This document shows, piece after piece, positions 48,671-59,790 of a stretch of DNA of 64,000 nt; within the stretch, counting starts at the first letter, position 1; every line of letters begins with the position of its first letter. The position numbers and the translations under genes were made by a program. The notes beneath the pieces were generated by a model. It was not told the origin of the DNA. It worked only from the letters and a program-made list of their open reading frames with translations, and did not search any database. Origin of the DNA: Mobula birostris (Eukaryota); NCBI RefSeq assembly GCF_030028105.1, contig NC_092398.1, positions 28,552,424 through 28,616,423 on the forward strand, in the 5' to 3' direction.

Positions 48671-50049
48671 TGTTTCTATTCTCCTTCACCTTGTCTACTA
48701 GGGCAACTTTATGCCTTCTTTTAGCCCTCCTGATTAATTTCTTAAGTGTTCTCTTGCTTTTCTGATACCCCATAAGCACCTCATTTGTCCCAACCTGCCT
48801 ATACCTGCCATGCACCTCCCTTTTCTCTTAACCAAAGCCTCATTAGCTCTTGAAAACTAAGCTTCCCTCTACCTGTTACCTTTATCTTTTATTCTGACAC
48901 ATTCTCAAAACCGTTTGTACTCTCAAAATTTCACTTGTGAAGGTCTTCCACTTACCAAGTGCACCTGGGCCAGAAAACAGTTTGTCCGAGTCCATTTCTG
49001 ATACTATCAAAATTGGTCCTTCACCAATTTAGAATCTCAACCCGCAGATCAGACCTATCATTTTGCATATTTACTTTCAAACTAATTGGATTGTGATCAC
49101 GAGATGCAAAGTGTTCACCTGCACCAGTGATTCCCAACGGGGAGGGGGATGTTATGTGATTTAAGAGGCCATTAGAGGAAATGGAAGTCGGCCGGGGGCG
49201 TTTAAGATTCTTGGGGGTGGAGGGAGGACAGTAAGTGGCACCCTAACTCGAGGCTCGAGACCTGACCAACCGTTAGTAGAGTAGGCACTTCCGAAAAAGA
49301 GGATGAGGCACTGGAACACAGGAAGAACCACAGCTCAGCAGGCGGTGAGCACTTGTCGTCACAACATGTCAGAAATTCGACAGTCTCATCCGACCTTACT
49401 AGCCAAGCAGACATTATTGGGGATGCATAATTTAGCAACCAGGGTGTCCAACAGTTGCCCTTGACTCGTGACATGGAACGAGTTCATGCAATTTAACGGT
49501 TGATAAGTCAAGTACACCCTCTCAACTCTCTCTACAGATCAATGGAAAACAGGTCGCGCAACGAAGCAGCGCTGGCCGGAACCAAATAATGAAATAGAGT
49601 CAATCAGTGAACCTGCCGACTCCCAGAATTCCTCTTGAGGTGTTCAAAGTGACCTCAGCTTCTTATGTGCGGTCAAGAATCATCTTTGGGGATTGTGAGA
49701 CCTTACTTGATTGATCAATCACTCCAGCTGGAATAGTATAAAGGTACCTTGCCGAACACCAGCTCTGCCCCAATCAACATTCGGATTCCAATCTGAATCC
49801 TTGTCAACGTAATTTCTGCTGTTGTGATCGTCTTCATCTTCGCCTGGCTGTTCCTTTGCATGCCACTACCGTTGTTCCATCCGTGTCAGCTCGCTGTTGC
49901 TGCTGTTGTTAACATCTGATAGGCATTCCCAGTTTGTGTAAACTTTTTATTTTAATTTAGCCCCATTTACGATGGATAAATATATACGGTGCTATCTCTA
50001 TGAGTCTGAAGGTAGTGAAGCCTTGAATTCTAATCCTGCAGAGAAACAG

Positions 50050-53000
50050 AAATGACAAAGGGTGTGTCAATACAAAGTTACATACCTGGAGTATGGTTTT
50101 ATTCCATCCCATCAGATCAGCGATGCCTCATGTCTCTTATTTATAATACTGTACTGTCTAATGAAGCATAAAACCATCAAGATTGCAAGAACATTTCAGT
50201 AAAAGACACCTGGAAAAAGCTACTTATGGTATTACTCAGTTCCAGAAGATGAAAGACGCATTGGAAAAAGCATTGCACACTTGAATCATTTGCCAAGAAA
50301 GCTAAAAATGACCATGCTCGTGGTCTCATTGCTTCTGATAACATTTCCAAAATGATAGAAAAGTGTGGAAAATCACATACAGTTTGTGAAAGATTAATAA
50401 TGCCTGCTGTATCAGAAGTGCTCACCACTGTTCTCAAAATGATGCCAGTATTTTAAAATCAATTCCTTTGAGTAATAACTCTCCAGCTCATCATAGTGAT
50501 GAAATGAGTGAAGACATTGAGTATCAGCTAGGCACAGAGCTACAAAAACATAATTTGGGATACAACTGGATTTGTGAACTGTGCGAGACAATGAGGCATT
50601 GCTAATAGCACATGTACAGTTTATCAAAAATGGAAAAGTTTATGATGAGATTCTCTTCTTTAAAAAGTTAAAAACAAATATCAATTGAGAATCAATCTAT
50701 GAAGAGCTCAAAATGTGTTTGAGGATAAAAATATCCTGATTAGGAATATGATTTCTTGTGCAAAAGGCGGAACACCATATTTGATGGGTTGCCATGCTGG
50801 GTCAGTGGCATTTATGTAAAAAAAATCCATGTCTGTTTACAATCCATTGTCTAAATTAATGGTCGCCAACCAGTCAATCACGATCGACCAGTCAATCTTT
50901 GAGACTTTCCCAGTGGATCCCAAACAAAAAAGAAAAATAAATACACAAATACTGTTGTAATGTGAGCATTATAAAAATAAGTAATACTAATTAGGATAAT
51001 GGTAATATAGCAATGCTCCCACTATGGAAAGCTGTTTGTAAAGAGAAGTTGTTTCTGGGGTTGTGGGGTTTTACTTCCGTTCTTTCTGCCTGGTGCGCAT
51101 TTCCGTTCGGTGTCTGAGTTGCAGCAAAATGCTGCGACCATTTGTTGGCTTGCTGCCTGAAATAAAGACTTTTCTGTCACCAAGAAACGAGGAGCACGAG
51201 GAACTGTCAGATGATGCATGGCTACTGGATTTAGGGTTTCTGACAGACCTAACGACTAAATTAAGTGCAGTTAACAACATTAAGACCAACACCTGCCCCA
51301 CACGGTAAGCGCAGTAAATGCGTTCAAGGCCAAGCTCGGTGTTTGTATTTCAAATTGAAAGAACGGGAGGCTGACACACTTTCCCAACTTGGAGAAAGTG
51401 TTATAGGCCATCAAGGAAAAAAATGCTTTTCGCCCTGAGCAGTACTGTGCTTACCTAGACAAACTGGGAATAGAGTTCGATTGGTGTTTTGGGGAGTTAA
51501 ACACCATGAAAGATATTGTTGCATTTATTTCAAACCTATTTCTGCCGATTGATATAGAACAGGTAGTAGCCAAATTCCAGCAAGTATCTGGTGTGCCAAA
51601 TGATATTGAAATGGAAATAATTGATTTGCAAAATGACATCAAGCTTAAAGCAAAATCAAGGGATGGTGACTTTTGGGGGCTTGTCAACAGGGAGAAGTTT
51701 CCTCATCTCACCACATGTGCACTAAAAGTCAGTGCCTACTTTGGGTCAATTTATCTGTGTGAATTTGCATTTTCACAGATGAAAATTATTAAATCTAAGT
51801 ACAGGAGCTGTCTTTCTGACAGACACTTCACAGACTGTCTCAGACTGGCTGTCTGTAGTTATGAGCCAAAATTCAGGGAACTAGCAGAAAGTATTCAGCC
51901 CCAGTCATCACACTGAGTGCAACAGTCAATTTTTATTCATTTATTTTTCGTGTTGAAATAAAATTAAATAATGAAACTTAGAATTAAAGGTATGAAGTAT
52001 TGTAATATTCTTAAAGAAAGACAGCTATGGCCTATTTGATATGCGAGTTACAGTGTTTTCTTGGTTGAAATAATTTGAAAGTTTGACAAAAACATTTTAT
52101 GTAATTCAAATACAATTAGCCCAAATAAAAGACCTCAAGTTGGAAGTACAATCTGAGCTGCTTTCTCTCTAAACGATTTAGTAGGTATATCTTACCTTTC
52201 ACTAAGGCCGAGGCAGGGGACCTTGGGCTTAAAAAGGTTGGCAACCACTAGTCTAAATCATCGTCAACATCTTGGAGCCAAAGACCTCAACCAGTGACTT
52301 TTTCAAGCATGACTCTTGTAATATCTGCTAGCAACAAAATTGAAGTTCATCTTTTAAATAGCAGAATATTTTGCCAGTTATGCCAAGATAATGACGAAAA
52401 ATTTAAATGCTTATTTCTTTACACTGAAGTGCATTGGTTGTCAAAGGTCTGTTACTTAAAATGTTTCTTTGATCTTTTTGCCAGTGTGGCTGAATTTTTG
52501 CTCAAAGTAGACAACAGCTTGGGGAACCTCTACATGGAGATTTGGCATACCTAGCCAATCTATATGGCGAAATGAACTATTCTAAATATAAATGAGAATT
52601 TCAATTTAATCCAGGCAAAAAGTGTAGTGTCCGCTTTTATCAGAAAGTTGGAAATATATGAGTAAAATATTAGGAGAAAAATGTTCTCATCGTTTCCCTG
52701 CATGGAAAGTATGGCACTCCCTTTCACAGATGATGATTTGCAAAAGTACTGCTTACACCTGCAGTCACTGAAGAAGGATTTTCTGAATGAATTTGAACGA
52801 TCTATAAATTCAGGACTGGGCGTTTAACCCATTTCTTTGCAAGGTGGAAGAACAGCAAGAGAGCTCGCAAGAAGAAATGATCAAAATTCAGTGTGATGAA
52901 AAAGCAAAAATGCTTTTCAAAACTGTCGGCTTTTGTGATATTTGGCTACACTGTCACAGAAAGTTTCATGGTCTTTGGAGAAGAGCCAAACTGCTCTTCA

Positions 53001-53150
53001 TTGTATTTCCATCCTCCTACCTTGTTGAAAGATGCTTCAGTGCAGTGAATCACAAATTCACAAAAACAGAACTGCTTGGTCATTGTTATATGTGGGGACT
53101 TAAGGCTTTTGCTGTCACAACTTGAATCAGATATTTCAACTCTTGCTAAA
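50050..53150 (+). mobile_element. hAT-Charlie (ZBED8/SCAND3-like) transposase remnant, host of a nested Charlie element
   Basis: KPSRLQEH, IHCL|NHRQHL split by the insertion, LLNSRIFCQLC, TEVHWLSK and FPSSYLVERCFS. Boundaries approximate. Confidence 0.8.
50857..52250 (+). mobile_element. hAT-Charlie (GTF2IRD2-like) non-autonomous element
   Basis: TIR TAATGGTCGCCAACC / GGTTGGCAACCACTA and perfect 8-bp TSD GTCTAAAT on both sides. C-terminal transposase remnant FGSIYLCEFAFSQMKIIKSKYRS. Confidence 0.92.
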
Positions 53151-53859
53151 AACCTTCGAGGTCAAGGCTCATATCGATATTGAAGCTGCTATGCAGTGTG
53201 TAGATACAGTGTAAGCGAGGTTTAAAGACAAACAAGAATTTAAAGCAGAATCAGTTTTCGCATGTTAGCATATGGTAGACATGTTTCTGTGCTATGGGGG
53301 TGCCGGAAAGTACATTGTGGTAAGTATGAAGGTGCTTTAGGAGGGCATTGGGCTAAAACCTGTTAGGAAACACTGACCTACACAAACTTCTGTCACCTGC
53401 CCTAACTTGACGAACTCTATCCCATCTCGTCCTTTTACAGCATGGGAGTCCCAGCCAACGTGCGTAAAGTTAAAATCACCTTCTATAACAACCTTATGTT
53501 TCTTGAAACTGTCTGTGATCTCTCTACAGATTTGTTCCCCTAAGTCCCTCAGACCGTTGGGTCGACTGTAATATAGTCCCATGAACATAGTCATACCTTT
53601 CTTTTTTCTCAGAGTGCCTCACTAGACGAGTTCCCCAGTCTGTCTCGATTGAGCACTGCTGTGACATTTTCCTTGACTAGTAATGCCACCCCTCCTGCTT
53701 TAAACCATCCTATTCTGTTGCATCTAAAACAGACCCTGGAATATTGAGCTGCCAGTCCTGCCCCTCCTACAACCAGGTCTCACCAATGGCTATAATATCA
53801 TAACTCCAAGTGTTAATCCATGCCCTAAGCTCATCCACCTTTCCTACGCTACCTCTTGC

Positions 53860-54830
53860 ATTGAAGTGTACACAAGTCACTGTACACCCATGATTGTGTA
53901 GCCAAGTTTCCATCGAACTCAATGTATAAGTTTGCTGATGACACAACAATTGTAGGCCGTATCTCGGGTAATGATGAGTTTGAGTACAGAGAGGAAATTA
54001 AGAACCTGGTGGCATGGTGCAAAGACAATAACCTATCCCTCAATGTCAGCAAGATGGAGGAATTGGTTGTTGACTTCAGAAGGAGTAGTGGACCGCACGA
54101 CCCTATTTACATCGGTGGTGCTCAAGTGGAACAGGTCAAAAGCTTTAAGTTCCTCGGGGTCAATATCACAAATGACTTGACTTGGTCCAACCAAGCAGAG
54201 TCCACTGCCAAGAAGGCCCACCAGTGCCTTTACTTCCTGAGAAAGCTAAAGAAATTTGGCCTGTCTGCTAAAACCCTCACTAATTTTTATAGGTGCACCG
54301 TGGAAAGCATTCTTCCAGGGTGCATCACAACCTGGTATGGAAGTTGTCCTGTCCATGACCAGAAGAAGCTACAGAAGATCGTGAACACAACTCAGCACAT
54401 CACACAAACCAATCTTCTGTCCTTGGACTCACTTTACACCGTACGCTGTTGGAGCCATGTTGCCAGCATAATCAAGGGCACGACCCACCCAGCCAACACA
54501 CTTTTCGTCCCTCTTCCCTCCAGGAGAAGGCTCAGGAGCTTGAAGACTCGTACAGCCGGATTTGGGAACAGCTTCTTTCCAACTGTGATAAGACTGCTGA
54601 ACGGATCCTGACCTGGATCTGGGCCGTACCCTCCAAATATCCGGACCTGCCTCTTGGTTTTTTTGCAGTACCTTAGTTTCCCTTCTCTATTTTCTATTTA
54701 TGATTTATAATTTAAGTTTTTAATATTTACTATCGATTTGTACTCCAGGGAGCGTGAAGCACAGAATTAAATATCGCTGTGATGATTGTATGCTTGAGTA
54801 TCAATTGTTTGTTGACAATAAAATACAGTG
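53860..54830 (+). mobile_element. Rex1/Babar-type LINE 3' part (open 229-aa RT C-terminus)
   Basis: KFADDTTIVGRIS...WCKDNNLSLNVSK...VVDFRR...FKFLGVNI. Related antisense copies at ~25550-26150, 40760-41400 and 60410-61030. Confidence 0.85.
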
Positions 54831-55239
54831 AGGTAATGTAAAGTTAAAGCTCAGGACACTCAACCTTTCGATTCCTGGCTCAGTCTGAGCTCTTACCAAC
54901 ATCTGTCTCAACAATCTCTTCGCTAGCTGTTCTGGCACTCTAGTTCCCATCCCCCCGCAACTCTAGTTTAAACCCCACCGTGAAGCACTAGCAAACCTTC
55001 CCACTAGGATATTAATCCCCTCCCCGTTCAGGTGTAAACCATCTCTACTGTACAGATCCCACCTTCCCATCTCTCCCATTTCAGCCACTAAAGCTTGTAA
55101 CTCCTCCAGAGCTGTCATAGATCTCTTAGTGTCCTCCCTCACTCGTCCCCTTCTTGCATAGTCATCCAAAATTCTTATGCGCTTCCTCCTACATCAACTC
55201 ATTAGCCACATGTAAAGCTGTATAAACTTCCTATTCACC

Positions 55240-56510
55240 CCTTTTAATATGACACACCAAATCATCACTGGTGCAGCCAATTAGTTTTAGAAAACAAGTC
55301 TGTTTTCGGAGACCTGTGTGCAGTCAGGGTGTTTCAATTGATAGCAGTAAAGATATACCTGTATCTGGAAGGCCCAACTGCTCGTGAGTCAGTGTCCAGG
55401 TAAAAACTACGCCATGAAACAAAAGAACTCTCCAAGCAACTCCGCCAAAAGCACAAGTCAGGAGATGGATACAAGAAAAATTTCAAGTTACTGAATATCC
55501 CTTGGAGTGCAGTTGTTGATCATCAAGAAATGGAGAGAATATGGCACAGCTGTAAATCTTCCCAGAGCAGGCCGTCCTCAAAAACTGAGTGACCGTGGAA
55601 GAAGGGGACCAGTGAGGGAGGCTGCCAAGAGATCTACGACAACTCTGGAGGGGTTACAAGCTTTAGTGGCTGAGATGGGAGAGACTGTGCATACAACGAC
55701 TGTTGCCCGGGTGCTTCACCAGTCACTGCTTTATGGGACAGCAGCAAAGAGAAATCCACTGTTGAAAAAAACTCACATGAAACCTTGGCTAGACCTTGCC
55801 AGAAGGCATGTGGGAGACTCTGAAGTCATCTGGAAAAAGGTTCTATGGTCTGATGAATCCAAAAGTGAGCTTTTTGGCCATCAGACTAAACACTATGTTT
55901 GGCATAAGCCAAACACTGAACATCCTCAAAAACACACCATCCCTCCTGTGAAACATGCTGTGGGGATGCTTCACAGCAGCAAGCCTTGGAAGGCTTGTGA
56001 AGGTAGAGGGTAAAATGAACGCAGCAAAATACAGGGAAATCGTGGAGGAAAACCTGATGCATTCTGCAAGAGAACTGCGATCTGGGAGAAGATTTGTTTT
56101 CCAGCAAGACAATGACTCCAAGCATAAAGCCGAAGCTACAGGGGAGTGGCTTGAGAACAACAAAGTTAATGTCCTGGAGTGGCCAAGTCAGAGTCCAGCC
56201 CTCAATCCAATTGAGAATTTGCGGCTGGGCTTGAAAAGAGCTGTGAGCAGTTTTGTAAAGAAGAATGAGGAAAATTTGCAGTATCCAGATGTGCAAAGCT
56301 GATAGAGACCTATCCACACAGACTCAAGGCTGTAATTGCTGCCAAAGGTGCATCTACTAAATACTGACTTGAAGGAGGTGAATACTTATGCAATCAAGTA
56401 TTTTGTGTTTTATATTTGTAATTAATTTGGATCACTTTGTTGAGAACCAAATTAAATCCACTGTGATTTAATAGAAATTGAAACTTCTGGGGTGGGGGGT
56501 GTGAATACTC
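55240..56510 (+). mobile_element. Tc1 transposon, frameshifted transposase
   Basis: PRAGRPQKLS, VLWSDESK, FQQDNDSKH and WPSQSPALNPIEN motifs; termini eroded. Confidence 0.92.
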
Positions 56511-56559
56511 TGTATCTATCAAGAATATCACTGGTAAAAAGCTCTTCTGTTCTTCAGGT

Positions 56560-59285
56560 GGATGTTTGAAAGCAAAGGACGGTACCATTATCATAGAAAA
56601 AGATGAGATTATGAACAAATGGACTGAGTAAATTCAGGAATTGTTTGAAAACAATAAGGAGAAATTAAGAAAAACATTGAAGGTCCAAGTATTTTAAAAT
56701 CTGAAGTTCGTAATGCAATAAATAAGATGAAGAAAGGAAAGGCAGCAGGTCCTGATGAATTAGTAATAGAACAAATTATTGCCCTTGAAGATTATGGAAT
56801 TGAAAATCTTACTGATTTAATCAATTACATTTATGAGACTGGAATAATACCAGGAGAGATGAAAAAATCAGTATTTATCACTCTTCCTAAGAGAATGTGA
56901 ATTACATAGGACTATAAGTTTAATGAGTCATATTACCAAGATACTTCGAAGAATTTTGATGACAAGAGCTAAAAATAAGATCCAAGCTGAAATAGGCAAA
57001 GAAAAATGTGGTTTTGTGAAAGACAAAGGTACAAGAAACGCAATATTGATGTTAAGGCTGCTATCTGTCATGGTCCGGTCTGTGAAGTCTGTATTCCGGT
57101 TCACGGTCCAGTCCATCAACCCTTGCTCCAGGTTTTCCTATCTACCCCGTTTCTGTTCTTGTTGAGCTAAGTGAGGCAGCTGATACTCATTGGGGCTGGA
57201 TTGTTCTTGTCCTTACTCATTGTATCCCTTCCTCTGCCTTCTGTTTCCTTGCCTGAAGCCCTGCCTTGTCTTGCCAGTAACTCTTGCCTCGCCTGAAGTT
57301 CTCTTCTTGCCCTGCTTTGCCAGTAGCCTTGCCTGGTCTTGCTGTTTGGTCCTGGAGCCATCCCGTACCTAGCTCCCTTCCTGTCCCTTGCCTCCGCCCA
57401 GGTAAGCCAGGCCATCTTGCCGTTACCTGGGGTTGGTTCTGTCCCTTCCTGTCCCTTGCCTCTGTCGGGTGGTGAACCGCGCCCTGCCCAGGAGCAGCCA
57501 AGCCTCACCTCAAGTCTCAAGTCTCCTGCCTCCTGCCAAGCCTCGCCTCAAGTCTCCTGCCTCCAGCCTTGTCTCAAGCCTCCATCCTCCAGCCTCCTGC
57601 CTCCAACCTCCTGCCTCCAGCCTCGCCTCACCTCCAGTCTCCAGCCTCCTGCCAAGCCTTGCCTCGTTTCTTGCCTAGCCTCGAGCCTGAAGACTCCAGC
57701 CTCTAGCCTCTTGTCAAGCGAAGTCTCTAGCCTCTTGCCAAGCCAAGCCAAGTCTCTAGCCTCTAGCCTCTTGCCAAGCCAAGCCAAGTCTCTAGCCTCT
57801 AGCTTCAAGCCTGAAGACTCCAGCCTCCTGCCTCCTGCCAAACCTTGCCTCTAATCTCTAGCCTCAAGCCTGAAGACTTCAGCCTCGTCCTGCCTGCCTG
57901 CCAAGCCTCGTCCTTGCCTAGTTCTGGGGACCGAGTCAGAGGCAAGACCCAGGTACTGGGTCTTTGTCCAGTCTCTGGCTCGGAGTCCAAGCCCGGGCTC
58001 CTAGTTCCCTTGTTCAGTCCTGTTCCAGGTTCCTGGTTTTCCTGTCCATGTCCTTGCCGTCGCCCTGTATCCTAGTCCTGTCCCTAGTACTTCAGTGTCT
58101 GTGTCTTGCCCTTGGGTCCGCTCCCAGCCACCCGCCTTATGACACTACCAGAACGAGCTATTCAAGTGCAAAAAGATATGTTTGTTTGTTTTATCGACTA
58201 CACAAAAGCATTTGATAACGTGAAGTACGATAAGTTACTTGAAATACTACAGAAAACTCTAGATCTAGATTTGAAAGACCTCCACCTAATCAGAAATCTG
58301 TACCGGGAACAAACTGCTGCTGTAAGAATAGATGGAGAAGTGAGTCAGTTTATGAAAATCAAGAGAGGCGTTAGACAAGAGTGTGTTTTCTCCCCTGATT
58401 TATTTAATGTGTACAGTGAAACAATATTACAAAAAATAAGAGACATCTTGGGAATCAAAGTTGGCGGTGAAAACATCAATAATTTCAGATATGCAGATGA
58501 CGCTGTGTTAATTTCAAGTACGGAGGAAGAACTACAAAACTTAATTGATATAGTTGTTGAAGAAAGTGCAAAAATGGGTCTATCTATCAATTGCAAAAAG
58601 ACATAATGTATGGTGATATCCAAAAAGAAGGACAATCCTATCTGCAGGCTGAGTTTAAATGGGGAAGACATAAAACAAGTAAAGGACTTTTGCTACTTAG
58701 GAAGCTGGGTGACATCAGATAGCAGGTGCGACATGGACATCAAAAGAAGAATAGGGATGGCAAAAGACACCTTTATGAGAACAAAGAGTATACTGACCAA
58801 TACTAAACTAGGCATGACAACCAGCCTCAGAGTACTGAAATGTTACGTTTATCCAGTTATACTTTATACTTTATGTTACATGGCTCAGAATGTTGGACAA
58901 TATCTAGTAACACGAGGAAATGAATTGTAGCAGCACAGATGTGGTTTTTGAGGAGGAATAAGGATATCATGGACAAAACGAATATCTAACGAGGATGTCA
59001 TGAACAGAGCAAACACAAAAAGAGAAATAATGTATGAGATCATGAAAAGGCAATGTGACTTCATTGGACATGTGATTAGGAAAGAGGAGTTAGAATGCAC
59101 GGTAATTATGGGAAAGATTGAAGGGAAGAAAGCAAGATGAAGACAAAGACAAATGATGATGGAGACAGCAGCCAGAGAATTGGAAGTGAATGCCAATGAA
59201 TTGATCCACTTGACCCGAAATGGGAGTGTGTGGGCCATGACAATCAAAGCTCATGCTGGGCATGGCACCTGATGATGATGATGAT
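56560..59285 (+). mobile_element. RTE-clade LINE interrupted at 57066-58144
   Basis: KAAGPD, FIDYTKAFD, GVRQECVFSP, RYADD and a (GAT)n tail. The reading frame LLS|ERAI is split by the insertion. Confidence 0.9.
57066..58144. mobile_element. TG...CA insertion (LTR-like) carrying an internal degenerate tandem array
   Basis: Termini TGTCA...TGACA and a 5-bp TSD CTATC/CTACC. Internal short repeats of (c)aagcc/tctag/ctcctg at ~57495-57915. Confidence 0.75.
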
Positions 59286-59532
59286 CTAACAATATTATGT
59301 ATCGCAATGTACTGCTGCTGCAAAACAACATTCATGACCTATGTCGGTGATACTAAACCTGATTCAGAAATAATAGTACTATCACTGGCTTGAATTTATA
59401 ATAAATGTATTTTTGTTAAAGAAAAAAGGGGATACTGCTCCCAGCACTTATAAAATTGGCTGCAGTCCAAGGTTAAAATAACTTCTTCTGTTCAATGTGA
59501 GCTTGTATTCAATCATCCAGTTAACCACTTAC

Positions 59533-59790
59533 AGTTCAGGGTCAGAACATTCTGGTAAACGCTCTCTGCAATGAAAGGGACGAAGGCTTGGTATGGTTGA
59601 CTTCAATGACAGCCCGGGGGTTGCTGTGGTTCAGGTCTCTGGTGAAAGCTTCCAAAAGTGAAACGCTGGCCCCAAATTTCCTTGCAGAGAAATCAAAGTA
59701 GGTGACATCTTTGCAGTCGTAACCAAATCACAAGTCCGTTTTCGAGAACCACGGAGCTGTGCTGGAGTAGATTGTCCAGCTGATGTACAT
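59533..59790 (-). pseudogene. Disrupted MHC membrane-distal domain exon (alpha1/beta1 fold) of a further paralog
   Basis: 258 nt between tttatctgag and |gtaagtg, phase 1/1. The middle frame reads FGYDCKDVTYFDFSARKFGASVSLLEAFTRDLN, matching the MHC YDG-x-D-x-x-Y-F-D strand motif. The terminal frame (DVH... and ...YQAFVPFIAESVYQNVLTLN) differs from the middle frame, so no single frame is open. Confidence 0.7.

Noticed and set aside
49797-49918. GPCR TM6-like fragment (VVIVFIFAWL)
   Set aside because: No CWxP/NPxxY context or other helices; kept only as part of the unexplained segment.
57339-57854. Pro/Ser/Leu-rich 171-aa ORF
   Set aside because: It is a translation of the internal tandem array of the 57066-58144 insertion.
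43200-59500. Ig and TM exons downstream of the 59.5-kb pseudo-exon
   Set aside because: No C1-set motif seen on the minus strand; the interval is almost all identifiable TEs. A highly decayed exon could have been missed.
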